Shown: positions 1-13,292 of the stretch, piece by piece
Layout of the letters: each line of letters begins with the position of its first letter
How positions within the stretch are numbered: the stretch's first letter is position 1
Assembly: GCF_006345805.1 (NCBI RefSeq)
Contig: NC_042999.1
Coordinates: 55,056,001-55,120,000, forward strand
Origin: Octopus sinensis
Taxonomy: Eukaryota
DNA length: 64,000 nt
Direction: 5' to 3'
Notes under the pieces: model-generated
Told to the model about the DNA's origin: nothing
The model's input: only the letters and a program-made list of their open reading frames with translations
Databases searched by the model: none
Program-made: the position numbers and the translations under genes

Positions 1-201
1 AGGCAGACAGCAAAACGCTAACATTTAAAAGGGACAGACGAACTTGCGAGCTGAAAACAAATAATAAAATATTGGAAACCAAAGTTTGAAGGGATAGAAT
101 GTGAGGATAGTAGAGTCACCATGGCTGGCATTTCTTAACGACGGACAACAACGTATTGACAGTTTAACGGCTGGCGTAAAATTTTGAGCTTGATGTAAAA
201 G

Positions 202-301
202 NNNNNNNNNNNNNNNNNNNNNNNNNNNNNNNNNNNNNNNNNNNNNNNNNNNNNNNNNNNNNNNNNNNNNNNNNNNNNNNNNNNNNNNNNNNNNNNNNNN
301 N
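202..301. other. Assembly gap (100 N)
   Basis: Run of exactly 100 N. Confidence 0.99.
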
Positions 302-1200
302 GATATGTATAGTGATTAACTGAACGCTATTAATATTGTTTGAAAAAACGTTATATGATTATACGTCAGAGGTAACCTATAGAAAGAGGAGGGATAAATT
401 AAAGAAAAGTTAAATAAATGAGAAGTATATGACTATATGTATATTAAATGAAACCTTATAAACTAGGAAAATATATATTTTTAGTGAATGTGAAATATAA
501 GAAGAAAATTAATGTTTAATTTGTATATAATGATAGTGATTACTTATATGAACTAAAGGTGTGTTTTTGCCAATGTTTACATAGGTATGCACTCTCTATA
601 ACCGTGTTTACTAGAGGAGCTTTAGAAAAAATAATGAAAAATAGTTCAGAATAACAGAGAAGACAGAATTCCTTGTCTTTGTCATAAGGTATCGAGATTG
701 AGAGAATCAACCATTCTAAATTAAACTGTTTATTGTGGTCTTTTAGATCCCCAAATTAATTTATTGAGCCCTGTAATGTTACGTTTATTCCTATTCCTAA
801 ATGTCGAGTAATGGTTACAAATTCTTTTAGATTACTGTAAAGATGTGCTTCCAATGTAAAATTGCACTTTATTATGAGTAATAATTTTACACTGGTATAT
901 AGAATTTTCAATTTTAGAGTTACTTGACATAAACTTGATTCTGTTGGAATTGACTTCAGATACAATAACCCTGTTATTAATATTTCTAGAGGGATGGATG
1001 GTATTAGCTAAATTAATGTTAGTATTAGTAAATGTATTAATATTTAACAAGTTGTTATTATGTGAAGAGATAATTTGTAAGAGATTTTTTGTGTTAGAAA
1101 AACCAATCCTTACCGTATGTGAGTTGATAATAGAGTAATACCTAAAATTCTTTGGAAAATTCCTAATAATAGCTTCACGGAGCTGCAATGAATACCATCC
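302..1200 (-). mobile_element. Penelope-like element remnant: RT C-terminus/linker plus GIY-YIG endonuclease and 3' flank (pseudogenised)
   Basis: Minus-strand translation gives FPKNFRYYSIINSHTVRIGFSNTKNLLQIISSHN (typical PLE RT C-terminus), then IYQCKI..FYIGSTS, and past a stop and a frameshift KRICNHYSTF..GLNKLIW..LKD..FNLEW..FCLLCYSE..CKH. These are the GIY-YIG/Cys motifs of PLE endonucleases. Coding part is about 541-1200. Confidence 0.85.
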
Positions 1201-1207
1201 ATCCCCA

Positions 1208-1289
1208 TCCCAAATCATTATATCGGGTCTGTTGTGCTTACATTTTACTGAGGTCTTCACTGGAACATTTCACCAGTACTCCTTTTTAT
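1208..1289 (-). mobile_element. Short fragment of an R4/Dong-like RLE LINE (start of restriction-like endonuclease)
   Basis: Translates NKKEYW*NVPVKTSVKCKHNRPDIMIWD, nearly identical to NKKEYWWNVPVKTSIKCKHNRPDIVIWN at 27320-27410; contains the RPD motif of RLE domains. Confidence 0.85.
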
Positions 1290-1330
1290 GTATGTATGTA
1301 TGTATGTATGTATGTATGTATGTATGTATG

Positions 1331-1393
<63 letters not shown>
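1288..1393. repeat. (TATG)n(TATC)n compound microsatellite
   Basis: Direct sequence. Confidence 0.97.
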
Positions 1394-1394
<1 letters not shown>

Positions 1395-1762
1395 ATTTAC
1401 ATACACTATTTCGATCCCTCTCCATTTTCAGGTACAATTGCTGCTCTCAGCCTTGTTTACGTCATCACAGTTCTGTTGATCTTGCAGCTGGTGTTGTTAT
1501 TGTTATAGTTGTTGTTGTTGTTGTCGCCGTTGTCGTCGTCGGTAGTGGTGGTGGTGGTGGTGACAGTTGTGGTGTTGGCATGTCGTTCCCCTGTATTCAA
1601 CATTCACAGATCAACCGTGCAACAAAGAAATACTTCAAACTGAACAACAATCTATTGACTGGCGACCATGACAAATGTAACGTAATAGAGGGGGAGGAAG
1701 AAGAAGAAGAGGAGGAGGAAGGAGAGGAAGGGATGGAGGAGTGGGAGGAGGAGGAAACGATT

Positions 1763-1805
<43 letters not shown>

Positions 1806-2215
1806 TGTGTGTGTGGGACGATTGGGGATTCGCAATACGAGGGTTAAGAAGTGTTTCGGGTTTTCTTGGTGAGGGCGAAGGTGTTTAGTAGCGAGGTGAG
1901 TAGCATCGGTGGAAGCGACAGTTGCGGTAATGGGTGGCGGTGGGGGGGGGGGGGGGGGGATGTGGGTATTTTTTTGACAAGAGCAAAAGAACGGTCGGGT
2001 GTCGGGGTGGGTGGTTGAGAGAGTGGTGTGTGTGTGTATGTGTGTTTATTGTGGGGTTTGTTTTACATTTCGTCCGTCCCGCGGTTACAATCCTTGCAAC
2101 ATGCACCTGTTCTTTTTAAGAAAGAAATAAATGAATAAATAAAACAGCGAAAATAATTCAAACAAAACATGATAAAGCATAGACATTGACATCTGAATGC
2201 AACGAAGCGCAATGC

Positions 2216-2864
2216 CAGCACACACACACACATATACACTACACGCACATGCACACACATATACACACACATACACACACGTACACATAAACGCACACGT
2301 ACACACACTATACACACGCGTACACACACACGCACGCACATATACACACACATACACACACATACACGTACACACACGTACACATAAACGCACACGTACA
2401 TACACTATACACACGCGCACACACACGTACACACACGTACACATATACACACACGCACATACACTACACACAAACATACACGTACACACACGTACACACA
2501 CTATACACATGCGCGCACACACACACATACGCTACACACACACGCACGCACATATGCACACACATACACACACATACACGTACACACACGTACACATAAA
2601 CGCACACGTAATACACTATACACACGCGCACACACACGTACACATATACACATATGCACATACACTACACACACACATGCACACACACGCACACATATAC
2701 ACGCATGTACACACACACATATACACGCATGTACACACACGTACACATATACACACACGCACATACCCTACACACACACATGCACACACTCGCACACATA
2801 TACACGCATGTACACACAAATACACGTACACACACGTACACATACACACACATACACTACACAC

Positions 2865-2908
<44 letters not shown>
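2216..2908. repeat. Complex CA/TA-rich microsatellite with higher-order units
   Basis: Degenerate (CA)n/(CATA)n/(CACG)n with recurring blocks such as acacgtacacataaacgcacacgta. Confidence 0.95.
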
Positions 2909-2909
<1 letters not shown>

Positions 2910-2912
<3 letters not shown>

Positions 2913-3855
2913 CATGGTTTTGTGGTTACGAAACTCGTTTTGTAACCCCTTAGTTTCAGGTTCAGTCCCGCAGCGTGGCGGCACCTCAGACAGAGGTCTT
3001 CGACAATGAGTCCAGGTTGACCAATGCTTTGTGATTGAATTTAATAGATGGAAACTGTGCGGAAGCCCTCCATTTTATGCTCATGTACACACGCACACAC
3101 ACACACACACACACACACCTACACACACACACACACCTACACACACACACACACCTACACACACACACACACACACACACAGCATGGTTTTGTGGTTACG
3201 AAACTCGTTTTTGTAACCCCTTAGTTTCAGGTTCAGTCCCGCAGCGTGGCAGCACCTCAGACGGATGTCTTCGACAATGAGTCCAGGTTGACCAATGCTT
3301 TGTGATTGAATTTAATAGATGGAAACTGTGCGGAAGCCCTCCATTTTATGCTCATGTACACACGCACACACACACCTACACACACACACACACACACACA
3401 CCACACACACACACACACAGCATGGTTTTGTGGTTACGAAACTCGTTTTTGTAACCCCTTAGTTTCAGGTTCAGTCCCGCAGCGTGGCGGCACCTCAGAT
3501 GGATGTCTTCGACAATGAGTCCAGGTTGACCAATGCTTTGTGATTGAATTTAATGGATGGAAACTGTGCGGAAGCCCTCCGTTTTATGCTCATGTACACA
3601 CGCACACACAGAAGCAATCACACTCGTACCTGTGCGCATGCGTGTGTGTATGTGCGCGTGCGTATTTGTGTGTGTGTGTGTCTTTGTGTTTGTTCTTGTC
3701 CCACTGCTTGACAACCGGTTCGGGAAAAGAGGCCAACACAATAAATGCTAGATTTTTCTTTTTTTTTAAAAAGAAAAAGCTATGCTGTAGCTTACTTCAA
3801 GGTGTTGCTCCAGCATGGCTGCAATCCAGTGACTGAAGGAAGTAAAAGATAAAAG
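2910..3855 (+). mobile_element. Decayed SINE family B with tandemly triplicated head (units start ~2911, 3181, 3419)
   Basis: Three near-identical ~190-bp blocks agcatggttttgtggttacgaaactcg...gcggaagccctc separated by (CA)n. They resemble the family B head (B-box GGTTCAGTCCC), and the last unit runs on to the family tail ctccagcatggctgcaatccagtgactgaa. Confidence 0.8.
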
Positions 3856-3926
3856 GCGCATACGTTATTTATGTATGTATATATTTATGCATGCATGAAT
3901 ATATACATATGTCTGAATATATACAT

Positions 3927-4159
3927 AAGGCAGCGAGCTGGTAGAAACGTTAGCACGCCGGGCGACATGCGTAGCCGTATTTCGTCTGTCGTTACGTTCC
4001 GAGTTCAAATTCTGCCGAGGTCGACTTTGCCTTTCATCCTTTCGGGGTCGATAAATTAAGTACCAGTCACGCACTGGGGTCGATATAATCGACTTAATCC
4101 CTTTGTCTGTCCTTGTTTGTCCCCTCTGTGTTTAGCCCCTTGTGGGTAGTAAAGAAATA
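3927..4159 (+). mobile_element. tRNA-derived SINE family A
   Basis: Head aaggcagcgagctggtagaaacgttagc (A-box) and gagttcaaattc (B-box); the same sequence recurs >10 times in the window. Confidence 0.9.
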
Positions 4160-4179
4160 TATATACATATGTCTGTCTG

Positions 4180-4906
4180 TCTGCCTGTCTGTCTGTATGT
4201 ATGTATGTATGTATGTATGTATGTATGTATAAGTGTGTGCGTGTGTATGTATGTATGTATAAGTGTGTGTGTATGTATGTATGTATGTATGTATAAGTGT
4301 GTGTGTATGTATGTATATATGTATGCATGTATGTATGTATAAGTGTGTGTGTATGTATGTATGTATGTATGTATGTATGTATAAGTGTGTGTGTGTATGT
4401 ATGTATAAGTGTGCGTGTGTGTGTGTATGTATGTATGTATAAGTGTGTGCGTGTGTGTATGTATATATGTATGTATGTATGTATAAGTGTGTGTGTGTGT
4501 ATGTATGTATGTATGTATGTATGTATGTATAAGTGTGTGTGTGTGTATGTATGTATGTATGTATAAGTGTGTGTGTGTGTATGTATGTATGTATAAGTGT
4601 GTGTATGTATGTATGTATGTATAAGTGTATGTGTGTGTATGTATGTATGTATGTATGTATGTATAAGTGTGTGTGTATCTGTATGTATGTATGCATAAGT
4701 GTGTGCGTGTGGTGTATGTATGTATGTATGTATGTATGTATAAGTGTGTGTGTGTATGTATGTATGTATAAGTGTGTGTGTCTGTGTATGTATGTATGTA
4801 TAAGTGTGTGTGTGTATGTATGTATGTATGTATATGTGTGTGTGTGTATGTATGTATGTATGTATATATGTATGTATGTATGTATAAGTGTGTGTGTGTG
4901 TGTGTG
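4180..4906. repeat. (TATG)n/(TG)n compound satellite with repeating ataagtgtgtg spacer
   Basis: Direct sequence. Confidence 0.95.
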
Positions 4907-5265
4907 TAGTGCGTGATTGAAGAAGGGAGAGAGGAAGAGAAGGAGTGAAAGAGATAGGTCAAACACACGTACACTCGCTCTCATTTGCAATTACAAAGAG
5001 TGAACTATATAGACATAGAATCGTATAACACACACACCACACACACACGCACGCACACGCACACGCACACACGCACACGCACACAGACACACACACGCGC
5101 GGAGAAAGATTAAGAAAACAAGTGACTTATTTGTGTGAAGTGGAGATTAGACAGCAAGGAGGAGTGGGTGGAGGAGTAAGTCGGGGGGCGGGGGCGTGTG
5201 GTTGGTGTTAGTGTTAGGAGAGACAGGTGAACGGAAGAAACGTGAATAAAATTTTATTATAATAA

Positions 5266-5690
<425 letters not shown>

Positions 5691-5691
5691 T

Positions 5692-6057
5692 TAAGGTGGC
5701 GGCAGGGCGAAATGCTTTGCATTATTTCGTCTGCCGTGGTCGATTTTGCCTTTCATCCTTTCGGGGTCGATAAATTAAGTACCAGTTACGCACTGGGGTC
5801 GATGTAACCGACTTAATCCCTTTGTTTGTTCTTGTTTGTCCTCTCTGTGTTTAGCCCCTTGTGGGTGGTAAAGGAATAGATATTTCGTTCTGCCGTTACG
5901 TTCTGAGTTCAATTTCCGTCGAGGTCGACTTTGCCTTTCATCCTTTCGGGGTCGATAAATTAAGTACCAGTTGCGTACTGGGGTCGATGTAATCAACTTG
6001 TTCCCCCCCCCCCACAAAATTTGAGGTTTTGTGCTTCCAGTCGAAAGGATTATTACT
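5692..6057 (+). mobile_element. SINE family A (dimeric, internally deleted)
   Basis: Two gtcgactttgcctttcatcctttcggggtcgataaattaagtaccag modules. Confidence 0.88.
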
Positions 6058-6390
6058 ATTAATATTTGTTTGGATATTGCTTTGTACAAGTTGACTCCAA
6101 GTCTCACTCAGAAAACTCAAGAGACAACAAGCTAGAATTTCTTGTTGGTGTTATGACTAGGGTGCCATAATTTTGGATTTGCACTGAGTAACGTGTAAGA
6201 GCAGTGTTTGCCAAACTCTTTCGGTTAGCAACGCACTTTTTAAACACATAATTTAGCGACATACAGTGGCCCAGCAACAAAATTTGCTAACGGGGTGCAA
6301 ACCCAGGTCTTAATTTTTTTATGAAAAATGTGGATTTTTCCAATGTTAACATTAAAACAAATGCAGGTATAATAATAATTTTTATTATTA

Positions 6391-6870
6391 TGAGGGTCGG
6401 CTGAAATGTTCAAAATCTGAGCAAGACACTCTCAATGGAATGTGACCAAATGAAGTTCATTTTCTAACATAGTTCCTCTTACTGTCCACACACTTCCATT
6501 AGTAGTTGCAGTGCTTGGGTCGCACTGGTGAAGAAGCTTTTTGTTGATCAAAATGGTCATCAACAACAGATAAGATGTTCTCATCATAGTGATACTGGTG
6601 TTCATCTGAGTGTTTCTCTATGTTGGGAAACAGATGATAACCAGAAGGAACCACTAACATAGAGAGGATGATCATCCAGTTCAAAGCCAGTCACATACAG
6701 CAGCCATTGAAACCAAGGACTTGTGTGCTGAAGCATTGTCCTAATGAAACAAGACCCCATTCATCAGTTTTTCTGGGTGTTTGGTCTTGATAACCTTTCA
6801 TAACTGCCTTAGGAAGTTGGAATTGAAATTTTCCATTGATGGTGTGATCATTTTGAAGATAGCCAATAAA
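6391..6870 (-). mobile_element. Mariner transposase 3' fragment with right TIR
   Basis: Minus frames give VFIGYLQNDHTING.. and VVPSGYHLFPNIEKH..(DLAPSDYHLFP-like). The element ends at TA|tgagggtcggctgaaa, a mariner-type TIR. Confidence 0.8.
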
Positions 6871-7207
6871 CACAATATTTTTTGCATTAATGCATAGTTT
6901 ATATAATAATGTGAAGTATATTTTGCATATTAAAATGTTTAATTTTGGAAATGTATCAAGCAGATCTAAAATAAGCAGTAAAAATACAAATTGCAAATAT
7001 TTCAGTGTGGGACACTACATGACAAAAACATGACAAAAACTTGCAAAAAAAGGAAGAAAATAATGGTGCTTGTGTTCCATAGGTACAATGAGAAGGCTCG
7101 GGAGAAGGATAGAGAGATGGGATGGAGGAAAGGAAGTTAGAAGGAAAGAAAAGAATGAAAAGTGAAAAAATAAACTGGGGATCTGAAGTGAGTACTAGGC
7201 AAGAAAT

Positions 7208-7357
7208 TGACCCCTGTGCCGGTGGCACGTAAAAACATCACCTACTACACTCTCAGAGTGGTTGGCGTTAGGAAGGGCATCCAGCTGTAGAAACACTGCC
7301 AGATCAGACTGGAGCCTGGTGCAGCCTCCTGGCTTCCCAGGCCCCAGTCGAACCATT
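7208..7357 (+). mobile_element. SINE fragment carrying a V-SINE-like conserved domain
   Basis: gtggttggcgttaggaagggcatccagctgtagaaac (7258-7294) matches the V-domain pattern GGTTG..GGAAGGGCATCC.C.GTAAAAC as recalled. Confidence 0.65.
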
Positions 7358-7656
7358 CAACATATTCCAGCCTTTTTGACAATCTTAGATATGTGGTTTG
7401 TCCAATGCAGATTGTTGTTTACAATAATACCCAGAACATGTCTACCAGAAGACTTCTTGAGATTGGTGTTGCTGAGGGAGTATGTAAAAGCTGGATTTTT
7501 CCTCCCAAAATACATGGTGACACACTTGTCTACAGATAGCTTGAGTTGCCAGTCAGAAGTCCACTGCTGCATTGTATCCAGATCTGATTGCAGGATAGGA
7601 TCTGTTCTTTTTATTTCAAGGTACAGCTTGGTATCATCTGCATATTTCAACACTGA
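7357..7656 (-). mobile_element. CR1/Jockey-group LINE RT C-terminal fragment
   Basis: KYADDTKLY..LQSDLDTMQQWTSDWQLKLSVDKC..LGIIVNNNLHWTNHISKIVKKA; catalytic YADD. Confidence 0.9.
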
Positions 7657-7759
7657 ACTTTCCAAGAAGTTTTCGACCAAATTTCCCGGAAGTTAGAAAA
7701 TCCTCGGAACTTTCCAGGAAGTTTTTGACCGAATTTCCAGGAAGTTAGACTACGACATA

Positions 7760-8883
7760 TATCCACCAACGATTTTCTATATGAATGTGATTGTATATAT
7801 TTCTCTTTGGTGTCGAGACTCAGCGCTTTCAGATATTTGCGGTAAATAAGACTTTTAACTGAAGGTATTTTACCAGTGAACATTCCTTGTAACCCTTCAA
7901 TTTCTTCTATGACACCGGATGAGAAGATTAAAATTGTAAGCAGTAATATAAACTGCTCAGAACTAGGGTTTTCCCTAAAAATAAAACTAACTACCGGTTC
8001 CCTTGTCATGAATGTTCGTAGGATGCAGCCTATGAGTTTGCTGCATTTAAAGGTTTGTTTGATAATGTGGCCGATGGAAAATGCATCATTTGACATGATT
8101 ACACCTAAGTCCTGTATGTCATTAGTGCTCTGAATCATTATGTTACCTTGTGTCAAATATTACGATTTGGGTGAATTCGTTTATAATGAAGAAGCTGAAA
8201 TTTTGATATACTAATTTTCGTATTTTTTCTGGTTTAGCTCCTAGCCATCGATATTCTTGTGTAATTCATTCCCTGGTGTATACGACGTATTACAGGTAAC
8301 TTAGAGAGAAATCCATTTGCAGTAATAGGTTGACTCCTACCATATAGGGAGTTAAAGAACCATTCTCCGACTTTTTCTGTGATACCAAGATTCCTTAAAT
8401 TATGACAGATGATTCCATGATCAGTCTTGTCAAACGCCTTAACAATATCAAGCTTTTAACAGTCAATGATCAAGAGATTATTAGAGGTAGTGTTATGATG
8501 CTGTAAGAATTGTGACAGGCAACTTCGTTCAGTCCAAAACCTATACCGAGTGTCATCTAAGTTGTTTACCTCCAGGTATGTTATTATTTTTTGTCTTCGG
8601 ACAAGGTATTAAATAATTTTAGACGTGTAAGACGTGAGGGAAACAGGTCTGTAATTTTTAGCTTCAGCACTGCTACCTCCTTTGTACCTATATAGGTTTT
8701 ATTATAACTTCTTTCAATAGTCTCGGGAATATGGCAGTATCTAGCGACTTTTGAAATAGTACCTTTAATGATTTCATGAGGTGGTTTTTGCACGTTTTTT
8801 AACAATATAACTAGAATACTATTTGGTACAGATGCTGAGTTTGGGCCTAAATTATTAATAGCCGCAAATATATCAACTTCCAT
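7760..8883 (-). mobile_element. Heavily decayed CR1-like LINE ORF2 fragment
   Basis: DLGVIMSND..IGCILRTFMTRE..IEGLQGMFTGKIP; DIFAAINNLGPNSASVPN; LDIVKAFDKTDHG can be read at 8420-8460. Confidence 0.8.
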
Positions 8884-8989
8884 GATATTAATTTTAAGTT
8901 GTGTCTCTGCACTTGAGTTGTGGGATCAAAGAATTCGCTTGGATTATGTACAGGGCTGCGATACGGAACGAGAATGCGGCCTTCTGCCT

Positions 8990-10260
8990 GTTGAAACGAA
9001 AGTGTCAGGGATAGAGTTTGCGATCATGCCCACGAAGACCTCTATCCGGTGCAGGGGTGAAAATCTCCGAAAATGGTAGGTTTACATGTTCGTTGAAGAT
9101 GTTGAAAGTCGGATGAGATCTCCCTGCATCCTCCGTCGTTTGAGTGAAGGCAATGCCAGCCGTCGGAGATGTTCCTCTTACGCAAGATTAGACTAGCCCG
9201 CGCCCATTCGGGTGGCCATGTACTGAACCCATTCCAGGTGCTGAATGTCTGGAGATATGGGTTTGAGGTATGCATGCAATATTCGAGGATGGGTCGAACT
9301 AGAGTGATATATACAGGCCAAAAGACGTCCATTGAAAGGTTAGCAAAGGATCGGTGGATGAGGAAAAGATTCCTTCTGGCTTTGTTCGCCGCCTCGATAC
9401 CCTGCTGTGGTAGTTTGAAAGTAGTATTGATCATTATGCTGAGATCCTTTTCTTCAGTGACCATCTTAAGATGTTGATGTTTGTGGCCAATAGTCAAGGG
9501 AGAGTTTGGAGGTGAACCTATTGGCAAATGGCAGCATTTTGAGGCTTTCAAGTTCAGATTCCATTCTTCTGCCCAATTCCAAGCTCGGTTCAGGGACAAT
9601 TGGAGTATGTCGTATTGATTCCTAGGTGAGACAAGTTTGACGTCGTCTGCAAATAGGAAAACTCTTCCATCAAGAAAATCTGGCAGGTCGTTGATATAGA
9701 GAAGGAAAAGTATTGGCCTCAGCACCGACCCCTGGGGAACGCCGCTGCATGCATTCGTCTCCGCGGAGAGATCTGCATTTATCTGCACCCAAAAGGTTCG
9801 ATAGCTAAGGAAGGAAAAAATCCACAAAGTCACCAATGGATGAATCTTGAATGCTCGAAGTTTGCGCAAGAGAAGTCAGTGATTAACGGAGTCAAACGCC
9901 TTTGCCAAGTCCAAAACTACCACGCCCACCAAGTCTTTTTCATCCATGGTCCTTGTAATCCATTCTTCAAGATGGAAAAGATTTGTTAGGCAAGATTTTC
10001 AGGGTAGAAATGCATGCTGCGAGTCGGATATTTCTTTGTACCATATACAGATAATTGTATAATGCTTTGGTTGGAAATAGCTGTGGGAATGACCTGAACA
10101 TTGTGAATAAAAACAAAGTCGAGTATGCTATTTTCCCCTAATTGGACAGGTAATAATTTGTTGTATGGGAAAGTCTTTTGTTGTATCGAGGAAAGGGTTC
10201 ATATCCCTCCACTTCAGTTGCTTAGTTCCAGGCTGGATATAATCCTCGGATCAGCTAAGA
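8990..10260 (-). mobile_element. CR1/Jockey-group LINE RT fragment
   Basis: VVLDLAKAFDSVNH, SGVPQGSVLRPILFLLYINDLP, LFADDVKL, LVRPILEY; frameshifts and stops. Confidence 0.92.
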
Positions 10261-11229
10261 TTAGTAAAATTAAAGACCCCTGTTAAAAGCATATTATCCT
10301 GTGTGCTGGCCTCAGCTAGGGTTAGACTTATGAGTAAAAAAAAAGCACCTCTGAAGTGATATTCGTGGTTAACCGCATCAGGATGACAGTAGGTAATGCT
10401 TTTAATATCATTTCCTTTTTATATAAATTAGTCTGAAATTGTTGAATACAGTTCTTTGTAAATTAGGTAATTTCGGGGTTGGTCTGCAATCATTTATAGT
10501 TAAATGTTTCCTTTCAAAATCTTTTTTTTTTTTTTATTAAGCTGGATTAGTATTTCGAATGAGCAATAAGTATCAAAGCATTTAACAATGAGCATTAAAT
10601 ATCAAAGATAAAAATAAATCATTTTGTTCCCTAGTCAAACTTTAGACCTAACAACCGATATGACTGAAAGAATTTTTAAAGGGCTTTTATTTTTAGGCTG
10701 AGGTCAAACAGTCGAATCTATTCAACCATGTCGTCAGTCTTTAGCAACATCAACTTCAAAGAACTTGAGAGAGGTAACAGACTGAGAGAGGACAAGAACC
10801 TTCACACATTTTCAACATTGCAAGATTTTGGAGTTATTTTTGTCAGGATAGAGCTGTCTTCAAGAATCCAAGTAACGCTATGTATTGAAGAGTAGCCGTA
10901 GATGCTGGACATGTTGGTGTTCTTGTTGTTTGCTGCTACTGTTGTTGTTGTCACATACTTTTTTTATTTTCACGCTACTTTGCTTCAGAAGTTGGTTAGT
11001 CATAAATTTCCCTGGGAATTTTAAGCCCAGCTTCATCACTTATATTTATTTATTTTTGTTCTTTGTTTTTGCTTTGAAAGGAAATCTAGCTTCAAGCATC
11101 TTATACAGATAATGTTTTAGACACTATTTTCTGAAACTGGTAAAATTATGTAGGGGGTGCAAATTTTGATCTTGCACCACCTGAAAATTCCAAGGGGTGC
11201 ATGTGCACCCGCTGCAACCTTTGTACCCG

Positions 11230-13130
11230 GGCCCTTGGCGACACACCAATTAAGTTTTATGCAAACTTAACGTTAATTATTTCAATATGATCTACCATCT
11301 ATAAGCTGCTGATGCGTAAGGTAATTCTATTTGTGGCAGATGGCGAGAAAATCTTTCATTTATATTTCATAAATATATAATTTGTAAGCAAAATAACAAA
11401 CATTTTCAAGAGAAACGTGAGTTATCATTTATCGATAATAATCTGTAAATATGTGCAAGAATTAATGAAGAAATAACTTTTTGTAACTTACTGTTTCAGT
11501 AAGATACACGAGCTTGCTTGATGGGGAAAATAGAGATTTTGGATATTAGGTGGAATAATAGATAATGACACTCGCATTTCACTATGAAGCCATTTCAAGT
11601 TTCCACGTTTCGATGTCTTTAAGTTTAGCATTGCTAAAAAAAAGATGCTTCGAAAATGTGTGTAGTAGGAAACGGCCCAAAAATTGTGTAAAGCGTTTTT
11701 AAAATTAGGTTTGGATGCTTCTTTGAAACGCGAATCCAAAAGTTCTGTAAGTTCCCCTCTTCATAAATCAATAACATACACCGATCGTTCTTGATTTCGG
11801 CCAGTTGTTGTTGTTGTTGTTGTTGTTGTTCTTCTTCTTCTTCTTCTTCTTCTTCTTCTTCTTCTTCTTCTTCTTCTTCTTCTTCTTCTTCTTCTTCTTC
11901 TTCTTCTTCTTCTTCTTCTTCTTCTTCTTCTTCTTCTTCTTCACGAGTTTTGAAAAACATTTCAAAATTCCATTCTTTTACTTTGCATTTTCAATTTGTT
12001 TATCTTGTGTCTCGTAGCCACAAATTTTATCAGCCGATGTTAAGATATTTTCTGCTTTTCCCTGCATACCTGTGTTAATTTTGTTCAAATATTCAAATAT
12101 GTCCGAAAGATATGCCAATTTGGTGCGCCAAAGTTTGTCTTCAATCAGATCGTAGAATTCATTCCGTTGATTTTCTTCAAAAAATTTAAGCATCATTTCT
12201 CTCAATTCATATACACAACAAAGCACACGACCTTTTGAAAACCAACGAAGCATTGTGTGTAGCAGAAGTTTCTTGAAATTTTCTCCCATTTCTTTACAAA
12301 TAATCTTGATTTAAGAGGTCTACTTTTAATGTAATTGACCATTTGAACCAATTCCTTTATAACCCTTCGTAAATCATCTCCAACAGTTTGCGCAATTAAT
12401 TCTTCGTGATGCAAAAAAACAATGAGTAATCATAAAATTTGTATTCTCTTCATTTGCTAAAGTTGTAAAACCTTTTACTGAATCTGCCATTGAGGGTGCG
12501 CCATCTGTGCATATTCCTACACAGTTTAAATATAATAAATTATTTTCCTCCATGAAGGACGTTAGAGCTTGAAAACAGTCTTCACCTAGTTTTCTCGATG
12601 GAAGTTCTAGACAACACAAGAATAGCTCAATGATTCTGTCATTATAAATGAAACGTATGAAAACCATCAATTGTGATTCACCCACTGACATCTGTTGATT
12701 CGTATAACTGCAATACAAGCATCATGTTATTATCTTGAAAAATATCCTTCATTTGCTGTTTAATGTCTTCAGACATCTTGAATTCGTCTTCCAGTTGTGT
12801 TATCTGCCCGAAAGATTTTTATTAAGTTCTATCTCAAATTCAGGTCTAAACATTGTTCGAACAATCGCACAGCAAGATTCCTTTCAACATTACTACGTCG
12901 TTCCTTGTTTTCGACAATTATTTGAGCAACCAAGTAACTTGAACTTTGTCTGATGTCTTTATTCTCTTTGTGAACGTTGAAGCCTGCTTTGTTAAAAAAA
13001 AATTTTGAAAGTTCATTGAAGTATTCCACTGGTTTTGTTGACAAATTTCCGTGCCTAGTGCTGAAATGACGCATTGTTTGGTACCATACTTTCGTTTGCA
13101 AGTATATCCCCACAAACTAAACACGGAGGG
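11230..13130 (-). mobile_element. hAT (Buster/Charlie, ZBED8/SCAND3-like) transposase pseudogene
   Basis: [96 protein letters not shown]; subterminal ggcgacacacc at ~11236. Confidence 0.92.
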
Positions 13131-13256
13131 CTAGGGTTGTTATCAACTCGGTGTTTTCTGCTTTGAAGACGTAATAAGACAGAAAAATACAGGAAGAAAA
13201 GAACAGAGGGAGCAATAATATTGACGAAGACGATTACAACAACAACAATAACAACG

Positions 13257-13291
<35 letters not shown>

Positions 13292-13292
<1 letters not shown>

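Noticed and set aside
2910-3610. Repeat-spacer-like layout resembling a CRISPR array (also 53506-53950)
   Set aside because: Units are 100-190 bp of SINE or LINE origin with microsatellite spacers, in eukaryotic DNA with no cas genes.
6202-6310. hAT-like terminus cagtgtttgccaaact, and possible hAT end at 11150-11232
   Set aside because: No matching opposite TIR or TSD found; too short to call.
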